Source of the DNA: an uncultured delta proteobacterium
GTDB lineage: Bacteria > Desulfobacterota > Desulfobacteria > Desulfobacterales > JAFDCJ01
Assembly (NCBI GenBank): GCA_963769935.1
Contig: CAVYNY010000013.1
Location: forward strand, 224,001-288,000
DNA: 64,000 nt
Direction: 5' to 3'
In this document: positions 1 through 9,370 of the stretch, one piece after another
Numbering within the stretch: position 1 is the first letter of the stretch
Layout of the letters: each line of letters starts with the position of its first letter
Made by a program: the position numbers and the translations under genes
Notes under the pieces: generated by a model
The model's database searches: none
What the model was told of the DNA's origin: nothing
The model's input: the letters and a program-made list of their open reading frames with translations, nothing else

Positions 1-383
1 GTCTTGGTTTCCTTACCATTTCAAATTTTAGGCATTTTAGCTCATTTTCTTCAGCCACATGCCTCGGCATTTCCGGAAGAACTACCAGTTCACTTCTCGC
101 TGCTCGAATATGCCCTGCGAGCTCTATCCACTCCCGTTCCAGTCAGTCCGGATCATACAACGTTAATCCATCGGAAACCTGCTTTTAAAAAATCCGGCTC
201 CGGGCAAACCCGTGAACTATACCTGAATTTACGTAAGTTGTGAATTATACGTCAAAAAATCAATGTTGAAAATAATGCCAGCTTTCATTATCCGGATCGT
301 GATTTGTTCCGATCTTTTTTGTATAATTTTCCATCCAGGTCCCCACTGTCGTCGGGGGGGGAGGCTTGCTTCATTTTTGATGG

Positions 384-1880
384 TCAGTGCACAGCAGCAT
401 ACATGATTTCTTCTTCGGTCGTTTCAGCCGGTGAAAGCTCTTCGACAATCCGGCCTTGCCGGCAGACGAGTATCCGGTCAGAGAGGCTCATGATTTCCGG
501 CAGATGGGAAGAAATAACTACCACCGCAATCCCCTTATCGGCAAGTTTATGGATCAGCTGGTGTATCTCTCCAATAGTCCCGACATCGACACCATGGGTG
601 GGCTCGTCAAAGATGATGATGCGCGGCCCCTGTGCCAGTCCTTTTGCGATCACCGTCTTTTGCTGATTGCCGCCGGACAGTTCGACAACGTTTGCATTGT
701 TATCAATAGTCTTGATGTTCAACTCCTTGATCCATTGTCCCGCAAGCTTTTGGATGTCCTTTACCCGGATGATCCGGCCATTTTCACGTCCGGAAGCCAG
801 GAGTCCCGCAAAAATGTTTTCACCAATTGTCATTGTCTCGAAAATCCCTTCGGTCTTGCGGTTTTCTGTGACATACACAATGCCGTCGCGAATCGCCTCA
901 TGCGGGGTGTAGTACCGCACAGGCTTGTCATTAAGTTCGATTACCCCGCCCCGCAGGAAGTCGCGCTTATTGATGCCGGAGATAACCTTGAATGTCTCAG
1001 TCCGACCAGACCCGACCAGCCCGAATACACCTGTGATCTGGCCCTCGAAGACGGAAAACGAATTGTTGCGTACCATATTGCCCATCGAGATATCCCGGAC
1101 CGAAAGAACTTTTTTGCCAGGGTTCCGTGTTTCGGCTTTACTGCGATGCCGGTAAAGTTCTTCGGACAATGTGCGTCCGACCATGGCCGAGATGATTTTC
1201 TCGCGATTAAACTGCGTGGTATCGTCTGTGGCCACCAATTCGCCGTCTCGCAAAATAGTGATCCGGTCTGAATTCTCCAACGCCTCCTCCAGCGCATGCG
1301 AGATGAAGATGATTGAAACGCCGTTCCCCTTCAACCGACGCAGCAACGCAAAGAAATGGCGTTTTTCTTCGGGCGTTAGGCTTGACGTCGGCTCGTCAAA
1401 GATTATGACTTCGGCGTTGTGCTGCACAGCGCGGGCGACCTCCACCATCTGCTGTTTGGCAGCACCAAGTGTTGCTACCATTGCAGTGGGGTCGACTGAA
1501 AAATCCAGGGATTGCAAAAACTGTTGCGCTGAAATGTGAATTCCGCGCAGTCGGTTCAGAAAATTTTCGGAGCCAAGATAAAGATTTTGGGCAACTGTCA
1601 TGGACGGTACCAGGCTGGTTTCCTGAAACACCATTGCAATACCTGCATTCAAGGCTTCGTACGGCGAGGTGAAACTAACCTTGCGGCCATGAAAGATCAT
1701 CTTGCCTGCATTTGCTTGGACCACCCCGGCCATAATTTTGGTCAGGGTAGACTTACCTGATCCGTTTTCGCCGAGCAGGGCATGGATCTCCCCCTTGCGC
1801 AAGTCAAAATCAATATCCTTGATAGCTATAACACCTTGATAGGACTTGGTTACGCCCTCCATCCTGATGATAGAGTTCAT
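384..1880 (-). CDS. Sugar (CUT2-type, RbsA/MglA-like) ABC transporter ATP-binding protein, two ATPase domains
   Basis: Walker A GENGSGKST, DEPT Walker B twice, second-domain GLVGSGRTE and LSGGNQQK signature. Confidence 0.95.
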   Translation of the reverse strand: MNSIIRMEGVTKSYQGVIAIKDIDFDLRKGEIHALLGENGSGKSTLTKIMAGVVQANAGKMIFHGRKVSFTSPYEALNAGIAMVFQETSLVPSMTVAQNLYLGSENFLNRLRGIHISAQQFLQSLDFSVDPTAMVATLGAAKQQMVEVARAVQHNAEVIIFDEPTSSLTPEEKRHFFALLRRLKGNGVSIIFISHALEEALENSDRITILRDGELVATDDTTQFNREKIISAMVGRTLSEELYRHRSKAETRNPGKKVLSVRDISMGNMVRNNSFSVFEGQITGVFGLVGSGRTETFKVISGINKRDFLRGGVIELNDKPVRYYTPHEAIRDGIVYVTENRKTEGIFETMTIGENIFAGLLASGRENGRIIRVKDIQKLAGQWIKELNIKTIDNNANVVELSGGNQQKTVIAKGLAQGPRIIIFDEPTHGVDVGTIGEIHQLIHKLADKGIAVVVISSHLPEIMSLSDRILVCRQGRIVEELSPAETTEEEIMYAAVH

Positions 1881-2938
1881 TGGCTTCCTCCTGCATCGAT
1901 GACACTTATGGAAAGAATGCAGTTATCACCCCTGGCCGCAACGAAAAGCCGATTATCTTTCTCAATAACACTGCATGTGCCGTGGCGTGTTCCGCTCGCA
2001 CGGCTGTGAAAACTACCTGTAGGTACCATCGAGGCATCCAGGCGAACCACCATGCCATAGGATCTGCCAGGTGCCCAGGGCTTGTGGATACCCATCGCCT
2101 TAATGCTGCCGAATTGCAACGGTTCAAGAAAGCTGTGACCGGAGGATAACGCGGGCGCAGTCCAAAAATCACGTGGCACACTAGCCATCATGTCAAAGCG
2201 GTAATGCGTTTCTTGCAGCACAAACTCCACCAACCGGTTGCGCGGTGCGAACACTGCCAGCCAAGCACCACCATCCGGCGCAGGAGATAATCGGGAAGGA
2301 TACCCTGGAATATGATTGAGCACCATCTTGGGAACTCCGGTTTTGCGGTCAATTCTAACAAGCCTGTGGCGCCAGCTTTCGCTTACAACAACGCCATTAT
2401 TGTCGGCAAGCAATCCGTATGGAAACGCCAATTTATCCGCAATAAGGCGGAAACTTTGCGCCCCTGGGTCACACTTCCAGACTGAGCCTGCTACGTTTTT
2501 CTCCATTAAATCAGCAACCCATGCCGACGGTGAGTGATGGGTGGAGCCATTGGCCATCCACAGGCTGCCATCCGGCGCAAAACTCAACGCGGTAATGCAT
2601 TTCACGGAAGGTGGAAGTGCTGCTTGCTGGCCGGCAATCAGTAAATCGCCACTTTCAAGGCCAATTGCCAATTCATTTTTAGCAGAAACCGCAATGGCGG
2701 TGATTTCAGCAGGATAGCTTTGTAACTCTGTCGCGTGTCCGCCCTCATCAAGGGCATAAAGAATTTTACCACTGCTGGCGATTACTCGATGGTCTAAAAC
2801 TGCAAGATTGTCAGCACTAGACAATTTTGCAAATAACGCCGCCTCCTCAAGTGTGTTGTCGGCACGAAACGCGCCGTCCAATGGTGGAATCGTTATGGCT
2901 TTACCACGGAAAAAGTCGAGTATAGGTTCAAATATCAT
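1877..2938 (-). CDS. Strictosidine-synthase-like / SMP-30 beta-propeller protein, probably catalytically degenerate
   Basis: Blade motifs FAPDG, LAFPYG, VSES, IPGYP align by eye with the upstream propeller; 4-bp overlaps with both neighbours; no signal peptide. Confidence 0.75.
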   Translation of the reverse strand: MIFEPILDFFRGKAITIPPLDGAFRADNTLEEAALFAKLSSADNLAVLDHRVIASSGKILYALDEGGHATELQSYPAEITAIAVSAKNELAIGLESGDLLIAGQQAALPPSVKCITALSFAPDGSLWMANGSTHHSPSAWVADLMEKNVAGSVWKCDPGAQSFRLIADKLAFPYGLLADNNGVVVSESWRHRLVRIDRKTGVPKMVLNHIPGYPSRLSPAPDGGAWLAVFAPRNRLVEFVLQETHYRFDMMASVPRDFWTAPALSSGHSFLEPLQFGSIKAMGIHKPWAPGRSYGMVVRLDASMVPTGSFHSRASGTRHGTCSVIEKDNRLFVAARGDNCILSISVIDAGGSQ

Positions 2939-5058
2939 GACTTTGGCCCCCAGTATGCATCCATTGCGGTCCAGTTCTCATCGGCACCGTCGAGCTTGAA
3001 ACGTCCAATACGGTTGTTGAAAATACCACCGATGAAGAGATATCCTTTGTGTTCGCGCATGGAGGTAACCGACGGATGAGCACCGCCCGTAAGATCGCCC
3101 ATGGTCCTGACAATGTTGAAATTTTCATCAAATTGAACAACGCCGCCGGTGTTGACGTTTGGGAATAACCACTCGTCTCGCGGCAAACGACGTGTCATGC
3201 GTTTACGCATCGCCGGATGTTGCAAGGAAAGATCGAAACTTGGAGTGCGCATTCCCAGCCAAGCCACCCAATAGGTGCCGCCGGACCCACGGTTGATGTT
3301 GTCGGGGTAGCCCGGCATAGCGTGAATAACACACTCTGCGGTTCCGGCTTTGGGGCCTTCCAGCCAATACCGATGGATGCTGCAAGCCCAAGTTTCGTTG
3401 AAAAACAGCGACTTATTATCGTGTGCCATGCAAACGCCATTGGTATAACGATAACCGTCCAGCAAAGTTTTTGTTGATCCGTCTTTTGGATCATAGACAA
3501 GCAGTCGCCCGGTACCACGGTTCTCAATCGAATCAATCATCCAATCAAAGGCATTATAGCGTTTTGTGGAGTCGGTGAAATAGATACGACCATCCGGTGC
3601 AATATCCAGATCGTTGGGGTCGCGCAATATTGCGTCGTCGATGACAGAGGTCAGTGATCTTCTGGTTTCTGCTGTCAGTTTCGTCACCACCCGATCTGGA
3701 GATATTAAATAGAGGCCCATGGCACCGACACAAGTCACAAGGTTTCCCGTGCGGTCAAATGCCAGACCGAGCGGGAACCCTCCGACGTGGACGAAAACCT
3801 CTGACTTGGCATAGTCGGGTGCGAAGAAACGGACGATTTCACCGTGCCGTGTACCGCAATAAAGGTTGTCACCACGGTCAAGGATGACGTCCTCGGGGCC
3901 TTCTATTTCCTTTAATCCGATACTTTCAGCTCCCGACAGATCATTGTTCAGCTCGAACGGTGTGCCCGAGCCGGGCGCCGCAGACCTGGCCGCTTCCATT
4001 TTCAAATAGACCGGCACGACATACGTCTCTTCAAGAACTTTATGTCGGTTCTTAAGCCAGCGAATATCGATGGTGACGGCTACAGCAAGCAGGATACCAA
4101 TCACCATCTGATTGGTGCCGGTGCCAAAGCCCAACTGGATCAGACCGTTTGCCATCACAAGAACAATGATGGCCCCCATCAGTCCTTTGACGACAGAACC
4201 CCGCCCACCGCCCAGACTGACGCCGCCAACCACCGCGGCGGCCAGCGCAAGAATTTCGAGACCGTGACCAGTACCTATTCCAGCAGCGCCCAGGCGCGTA
4301 GCAAAAAGAAAGCCCGCAATGCTCGCAGTCAGGCCGGAGAAGACATAGGTCAGGAAGACTACCCGCCGCACCTGAATACCTGCGTTGTAAGCCGAGCGAC
4401 GCGAGCCGCCAACGGCCAGCACATGCCAGCCCGGTCGCGACCGGGTGAGTGCGATGTGCGTAATTACTGCCACTACAATTGCGGTCAGAGCCGGAATAGA
4501 AATACCTAAAACCGTTCCATCTCCGATAAAATCCCAGATGCCGGATGATACCTGGGACATTTGAACTCGCGAGGCATACTTCACGATCAGAATTTCAAAA
4601 AGTGCGCGTCCGATTATGAGAGTCACCAGCGTTGTCAGAAAGGCGCGCAGACGCACGTAGCCGATGAGATAGCCGTTCACAGAACCAAAGATCAGGCCCG
4701 TGGCGGCTGCCACCATAAGGGCCACCCAGACAGGCATACCGAAAATAAAAAAAGTCGAGAGTGCAAAGAAAGCAGAAAGCGCAAAGATTGCGCCGACCGC
4801 AAGGTCGATGCCGCCGCCGAGCATCACCACCGTCACGCCGATCACAACCAAGCTGAACTCACCAAGTTCGCGCGTGGATTCTTGAAGTGAATAGAGGCTG
4901 AAAAAACCCGGTATTGCAGTGCCGAAAGCTGCCACCGTAACGATCAGGGTTGCGAATGGGATTGCATTGTCAGTCCAGCGTTTCGTCAGAACCTCGCCGA
5001 TGATGTGATAGGGCACAAGGTTATAGCGCCAGACCTTAAGTCGCTCGTGAAAATTCAT
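2935..5058 (-). CDS. Fusion of RbsC-like ABC permease and C-terminal strictosidine-synthase-like (lactonase/arylesterase-type) beta-propeller
   Basis: N-half hydrophobic with GGIDLAVG and GGVSLGGGRG motifs; C-half GPED, DPND, YTNG, PGYPDN motifs; ATG at 5058 preferred to TTG 5091. Confidence 0.9.
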   Translation of the reverse strand: MNFHERLKVWRYNLVPYHIIGEVLTKRWTDNAIPFATLIVTVAAFGTAIPGFFSLYSLQESTRELGEFSLVVIGVTVVMLGGGIDLAVGAIFALSAFFALSTFFIFGMPVWVALMVAAATGLIFGSVNGYLIGYVRLRAFLTTLVTLIIGRALFEILIVKYASRVQMSQVSSGIWDFIGDGTVLGISIPALTAIVVAVITHIALTRSRPGWHVLAVGGSRRSAYNAGIQVRRVVFLTYVFSGLTASIAGFLFATRLGAAGIGTGHGLEILALAAAVVGGVSLGGGRGSVVKGLMGAIIVLVMANGLIQLGFGTGTNQMVIGILLAVAVTIDIRWLKNRHKVLEETYVVPVYLKMEAARSAAPGSGTPFELNNDLSGAESIGLKEIEGPEDVILDRGDNLYCGTRHGEIVRFFAPDYAKSEVFVHVGGFPLGLAFDRTGNLVTCVGAMGLYLISPDRVVTKLTAETRRSLTSVIDDAILRDPNDLDIAPDGRIYFTDSTKRYNAFDWMIDSIENRGTGRLLVYDPKDGSTKTLLDGYRYTNGVCMAHDNKSLFFNETWACSIHRYWLEGPKAGTAECVIHAMPGYPDNINRGSGGTYWVAWLGMRTPSFDLSLQHPAMRKRMTRRLPRDEWLFPNVNTGGVVQFDENFNIVRTMGDLTGGAHPSVTSMREHKGYLFIGGIFNNRIGRFKLDGADENWTAMDAYWGPKS

Positions 5059-5089
5059 TTTGTGGTGTCCTGATCCGGATATATTAAGC

Positions 5090-5118
5090 AAAAGGGAGGC
5101 CGGAATTTACCGCCTCCC
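5090..5118 (-). terminator. Intercistronic hairpin after the binding-protein gene (mRNA stabiliser or weak terminator)
   Basis: GGGAGGC...GCCTCCC stem followed by a short U-tract on the minus strand. Confidence 0.45.
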
Positions 5119-5141
5119 ATTATAAAGCACACAATCGTCGC

Positions 5142-6158
5142 TTATTTGACAGATGCCTTCTCGGCCTCTAGATCCCAGCAAGTGCCGGACCCCAAGTTTT
5201 CTTTGGTCACTGTCTGCAACACCGTGTAGATATAGGGATGCGCTGTTCCCGGAGGTTGGCTGCTTTGCAGCAAATATTTGATCATCGCCAGCACGATCTT
5301 AGCCTCGTCCAAGCAATTTTCCATCACGACTGCATGGAAGTCGCCGCTCTTGATCTTATCGCAAGCGGCTTTCTGTTCACCGCCACTATTGGCGATCAGG
5401 GCAACCTTGTCCGTCTTCCCGGCGTCGCGGATTGCAGCGGCGGCCCCGGTTGCATCACCGTCCCAAAAGTCAATGATTGCGCAAATGTTGGGGTGTTGCT
5501 GCAGCATTGTTGCGGTGACATTGCGCGAAGTGGTCGCATCCCAGTTTGAATCCGGCTTGGCGACAACTTTGTACTCCGGATGTTTATTCAGAACTTCCAT
5601 GATACCGTCATACTGGTAAAGGCTGGTCGCGTTCGTTTGATCGCCCTGTACCAGACCGATCTCTTTCGACGAATTTTCGCCGCACATCCTCATTGCTTCC
5701 AGAGCTTCATACCGGCCCGCTTCGGCCCAATCCTCACCCACATAAACGTCAGCCTTGAAATTAGCAGGGTTGTCGATGAGGATAACGTAGATTCCGGCTT
5801 TCTGGGCCTTCTCCATAAGCTTGGAGTAAGAGTTCAAGTCCGGCGGCATGACGATCAGTACAGCAGGTTTAGGCTGTGATGCGATGGCTTGGCTAATGGC
5901 CTGCGCCCCGGCTGCGACATCCCAGTTTGGGTCCCGGGTCTCAAATACGGCACCGACTTTGCCGAGCTCACGCTTGAGGTATGTGGCCCAGCCTTGTGCC
6001 AAATCGAAGCCCATGGCCAAGGGCACCATCACTACGCGCTTGCCGTTAAGCGCCTTTTGATAGGCGATTGAACCGGGATCTGCTGCCGTTGCCCCAAGAG
6101 CCGTCGATGCGACGGTTACAAACACTGCTACAGCCAAGAACGCCTTCAGAGATTTCAT
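5142..6158 (-). CDS. Periplasmic sugar-type ABC substrate-binding protein (RbsB-like)
   Basis: AGGAGG RBS before ATG 6158; signal peptide MKSLKAFLAVAVFVTVASTALG; Peripla_BP-like pattern. Confidence 0.9.
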   Translation of the reverse strand: MKSLKAFLAVAVFVTVASTALGATAADPGSIAYQKALNGKRVVMVPLAMGFDLAQGWATYLKRELGKVGAVFETRDPNWDVAAGAQAISQAIASQPKPAVLIVMPPDLNSYSKLMEKAQKAGIYVILIDNPANFKADVYVGEDWAEAGRYEALEAMRMCGENSSKEIGLVQGDQTNATSLYQYDGIMEVLNKHPEYKVVAKPDSNWDATTSRNVTATMLQQHPNICAIIDFWDGDATGAAAAIRDAGKTDKVALIANSGGEQKAACDKIKSGDFHAVVMENCLDEAKIVLAMIKYLLQSSQPPGTAHPYIYTVLQTVTKENLGSGTCWDLEAEKASVK

Positions 6159-6216
6159 AGTGTTATCCTCCTTTAGTGTTAGTTGAAATCCTTCTTTTAC
6201 GTCGTGGAATTGTTGT

Positions 6217-7194
6217 TTATAAATCTCCCTGTTGTGTCGTTTGCTCGTCACGGGGGTTCAACACCCCATCGAAAATAATTGCGACCAGTAATATGATTGC
6301 TTTGATGAGATTCTGAAAAAGTAATGAGATGCCTGCAATGGTCATGACGTTAAGCAAGATGCCAATCATGACTGCGCCGACAAGAACGTTGCGAACGCCG
6401 CCTTTGCCTCCGGACAGACCAATACCACCGATTACCGCCACGAGTACAATGTCATAAAGAAGGTTGGAATTTACCACCCTGGTGTTGATCGATTGTAAGC
6501 TCGCGGCAGTTAACAACCCGGCGATGAAAGAAACTAAGGCTGACAGCACATATTGCAGGACCACCATTGGGCGCACCGGAATGCCGGCGATTCGGGCCGC
6601 AACCGGGTTTTCTCCGATGAAATAAACATAACGTCCCCATTTGGTAAATCGCAAAAAGAGAAAGCAAACGAAACACAGAGCGGCAAAGATAAAAATGTCC
6701 GCTGGAATAGTGGCGGCGCGAAATTGTCCCAGCAACTCAAGCCAGTGGCCGGACGGCACTGGCACCGCATCCATCGAGATGAGATGCGAGCGTGCGTATC
6801 CAAACACGAAAAGGCCGCTGGCAAGCGTTACAAAGATCGCCGGTACATCTGCGTAGGCCGCCAGAAATCCATTCAGCACTCCGACGGCAAGGACACCAAG
6901 AATAACCAGCGTAAACGCCATCTGATTACTATGGCCCAGGCCAAGCAGCTGAAGATACCAGGCGGTGGACATGACCATAATAGCAACCATCGACAGATCG
7001 ATCCCCCTGCCGATAATAACGATTCCCATACCTAACGCGAGAATTCCGAGAACTGAAACGGACCGGACAATCAAAATAAGGTTGGCGGAACGCAAAAAAC
7101 CCGGCAGACCAACCGAAGCCGCGATAAAGATCAGTGCCGCAATAACAAAAACAATTCGTTCCTGATTCAAATTTTTCAAGCCCACCTTGCTCAC
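6217..7194 (-). CDS. Sugar ABC transporter permease (RbsC-like)
   Basis: GRGIDLS, IGENPVAARIAGI and IGGIGLSGGKG motifs; GGAG RBS. Confidence 0.95.
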   Translation of the reverse strand: MSKVGLKNLNQERIVFVIAALIFIAASVGLPGFLRSANLILIVRSVSVLGILALGMGIVIIGRGIDLSMVAIMVMSTAWYLQLLGLGHSNQMAFTLVILGVLAVGVLNGFLAAYADVPAIFVTLASGLFVFGYARSHLISMDAVPVPSGHWLELLGQFRAATIPADIFIFAALCFVCFLFLRFTKWGRYVYFIGENPVAARIAGIPVRPMVVLQYVLSALVSFIAGLLTAASLQSINTRVVNSNLLYDIVLVAVIGGIGLSGGKGGVRNVLVGAVMIGILLNVMTIAGISLLFQNLIKAIILLVAIIFDGVLNPRDEQTTQQGDL

Positions 7195-7562
7195 ATGCTC
7201 TCCCTCTTTTCATCCCTTAAAATCGGTAGGGCGTTTGCCCTATTTCCCGCACCTTTGTACCGCTTTGCTGCACATTACACACAGACCGTTAAAATCAGTC
7301 TACCTTTTCATATATGCACCAGTGGTTCCGGCTTGGTATTTTGCGAGATTGAGGAGCTATAGGAGAATTTACTTCGCAGGTCAATAAAAAATCACACTCA
7401 TGATTATTCACTCGGTTTCAATCAATAGACAGGTTCAACGTTGCCGACTACACGGGAAGGGGGGAGTTAAAATCCTCGGGCCTCAAACAAATTTTAAAAT
7501 GATATCATTAGGTTAATTTGGCACCCCAAACGAATTGTGCCCGTAATCGTGAGCTCTAAAAC

Positions 7563-7594
7563 AAAAAAAGCACCTCCGAAATATTCGTAAGTGC
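7563..7594 (-). terminator. Rho-independent terminator-like hairpin 3' of the tRNA fragment
   Basis: Minus strand GCACTTACGAA-TAT-TTCGGAGGTGC followed by T7. Confidence 0.65.
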
Positions 7595-7603
7595 CTGAAA
7601 TGA

Positions 7604-7653
7604 TGGTGCCGAGGGACAGTATCGAACTGCCGACACGGAGATTTTCAGTCCCC
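7604..7653 (-). pseudogene. 3' fragment of tRNA-Phe(GAA); probable att-site scar
   Basis: Minus strand GGGGA-CTGAAAA-TCTCC-GTGTC-GGCAG-TTCGATA-CTGTC-CCTCGGC-ACCA gives anticodon arm, T arm, 3' acceptor strand and CCA; no D arm or 5' acceptor strand upstream. Confidence 0.85.
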
Positions 7654-7925
7654 GGCCCCTGCGCCAAACTCCTTACACCTTATACCTTAAACCTAATCTG
7701 CATTACGCTCTGCTCTATGCCCGTCGTCTGTGCCGCGCAACTCGTACCCCGCTACCCGCACCCCGTATCCGAAAAAAATGACGATTGAATATTGACTAAT
7801 TATGGAAGTCGCACCCGCAGCGCAGGCGCTTGCGCCGCCTGTTGCTCAGTCTTTTGATCATTTTTTAAACAGATAGAATTCCTCCATTCGACATTCGTCA
7901 TTCGACATTCGTCAATCCGTTCGTT
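7651..7925. repeat. Mosaic of 7-bp-period arrays
   Basis: CCTTACA/CCTTATA/CCTTAAA; CGCAACT/CGTACCC/CGCTACC/CGCACCC; ATTCGAC/ATTCGTC twice (7886-7913) with a partly complementary arm at 7777-7800. Confidence 0.7.
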
Positions 7926-7939
7926 CCCGCAAACCCGCC

Positions 7940-9370
7940 CTACTCTTCTTTCACCACTGTCTGCAGCTTCAAGCCGTATTTTTCAATTTTGGAGTGCAGG
8001 GTGGGCCGTGAAAGACCGAGCAGCTTGGCTGCACGGGAGCGGTTGCCGTCGGTCAGGTTCAAGGCCTCACTGATCAGGATACTGGCGCATCGATCCAGCA
8101 TAGCTTCAAAGGTGCCGTTTGCTCCGCCTGCAGCCATGGCACTGCGCATCCAGTGCCGAATGACTTCTTCGGGGGTTTCGGCCTCGGATTTAGTGTTCGT
8201 CCGGGCGCCGCTGATAGCCTGGTTGATGTCATCGGGCTGGATCGGCGTCCCGCGGCTGAAAATGAGCGCCTTTTGAATGGTGTTGGCCAGCTCGCGCACA
8301 TTTCCCGGCCAGGGATTGTCTTCCAGGGCGGCCAGGGCCTGGGAGGTGATTCCGGGATTGTTCATTTCCATATCTTGCGAAAACCGGCGCAGAAAATAAT
8401 CCGTCAACAGGCAGATATCTTCCCGGCGGTCGCGCAGGGACGGCAGTGAGATGGTTACAACCTTGAGTCGATAGTAAAGATCCTCCCGGAAGCGTCCCTG
8501 CGCCAGGGCGACTTCCAGGTCGCGGTTGGTCGCGGCAATAATTCGCACATCAACGGGTATGGTAGCGCGCCCCCCGAGGCGCTCAATACTTTTTTCCTGC
8601 AGCAGGCGCAGTATCTTGGCCTGAATGCTGAACGGCATATCTCCGATTTCATCGAGAAACACGGTGCCGCCGTTGGCCTGTTCGATTTTACCGACCCGGC
8701 GATGGCTGGCTCCGGTGAAGGACCCTTTTTCATAGCCAAACAGTTCACTTTCGAGCAGATTTTCAGGAATGGCGACACAATTTATGATCAGAAATGGTTT
8801 GTCGGCGCGCAGACTGTACTGATAGATGGCCCGGGCCACCAGCTCCTTGCCGGTACCCGACTCTCCCCGGATCAGGACCGTTGCATCAGCGGTTGAAACC
8901 CGGCCGATGGCCTTGTACACATCCTGCATGAGTTTGCTGCGGCCGATGATGGCCTCCCGGGGCGCCTGATCCGGCTTTACATCCAATTCCACCGTAGAGC
9001 GCATGAACCGGCCGGCTTCCAGGGCCTGCTTAATCACCGCCAGCAGGGCGGGAATTTCAAAAGGCTTTAAGATATAGTCAAAGGCGCCCATCTTGGTGGC
9101 CTCAATGGCGGTTTCGGTGGTCCCGAAAGCGGTCATGATAATCACCGGCAGCTTGGGCTCCAGGACGTGGATGGCCTCAAAGGTTTTAAGTCCGTTCATA
9201 CCCGGCAGGCGCACATCAACGATAACCAGATCCGGCGACTGTTTTTTAACCAGCTCAAGACCGGCCTCGCCCGAGGCCGCACTCTGGGCCCGGTAACCCT
9301 CTTCCGCCAGGAGTTTGTGAAAACTTTTGCGCAGCTGGTCGTCATCGTCAATAATCAGTATCGTGCTCAT
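7940..9370 (-). CDS. Sigma54-dependent response regulator (NtrC family; REC-AAA+-Fis HTH)
   Basis: IIDDD receiver, GESGTGKE, GSFTGA, WPGNVREL, C-terminal HTH; ATG at 9370. Confidence 0.95.
   Translation of the reverse strand: MSTILIIDDDDQLRKSFHKLLAEEGYRAQSAASGEAGLELVKKQSPDLVIVDVRLPGMNGLKTFEAIHVLEPKLPVIIMTAFGTTETAIEATKMGAFDYILKPFEIPALLAVIKQALEAGRFMRSTVELDVKPDQAPREAIIGRSKLMQDVYKAIGRVSTADATVLIRGESGTGKELVARAIYQYSLRADKPFLIINCVAIPENLLESELFGYEKGSFTGASHRRVGKIEQANGGTVFLDEIGDMPFSIQAKILRLLQEKSIERLGGRATIPVDVRIIAATNRDLEVALAQGRFREDLYYRLKVVTISLPSLRDRREDICLLTDYFLRRFSQDMEMNNPGITSQALAALEDNPWPGNVRELANTIQKALIFSRGTPIQPDDINQAISGARTNTKSEAETPEEVIRHWMRSAMAAGGANGTFEAMLDRCASILISEALNLTDGNRSRAAKLLGLSRPTLHSKIEKYGLKLQTVVKEE

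Noticed and set aside
4..243. 79-aa ORF at the window start
   Set aside because: No recognisable motif or RBS; cannot be supported
2935..3990. True strictosidine synthase (Pictet-Spenglerase)
   Set aside because: The metal-ligand pattern fits the hydrolase members of the family and there is no alkaloid pathway context
7315..7330. Sigma54 promoter for the ABC operon (minus strand CGGAACCACTGGTGCA)
   Set aside because: Only the GG-N10-GC spacing matches; flanking consensus is poor
7604..7680. Functional tRNA-Phe
   Set aside because: No D arm or 5' acceptor strand can be formed
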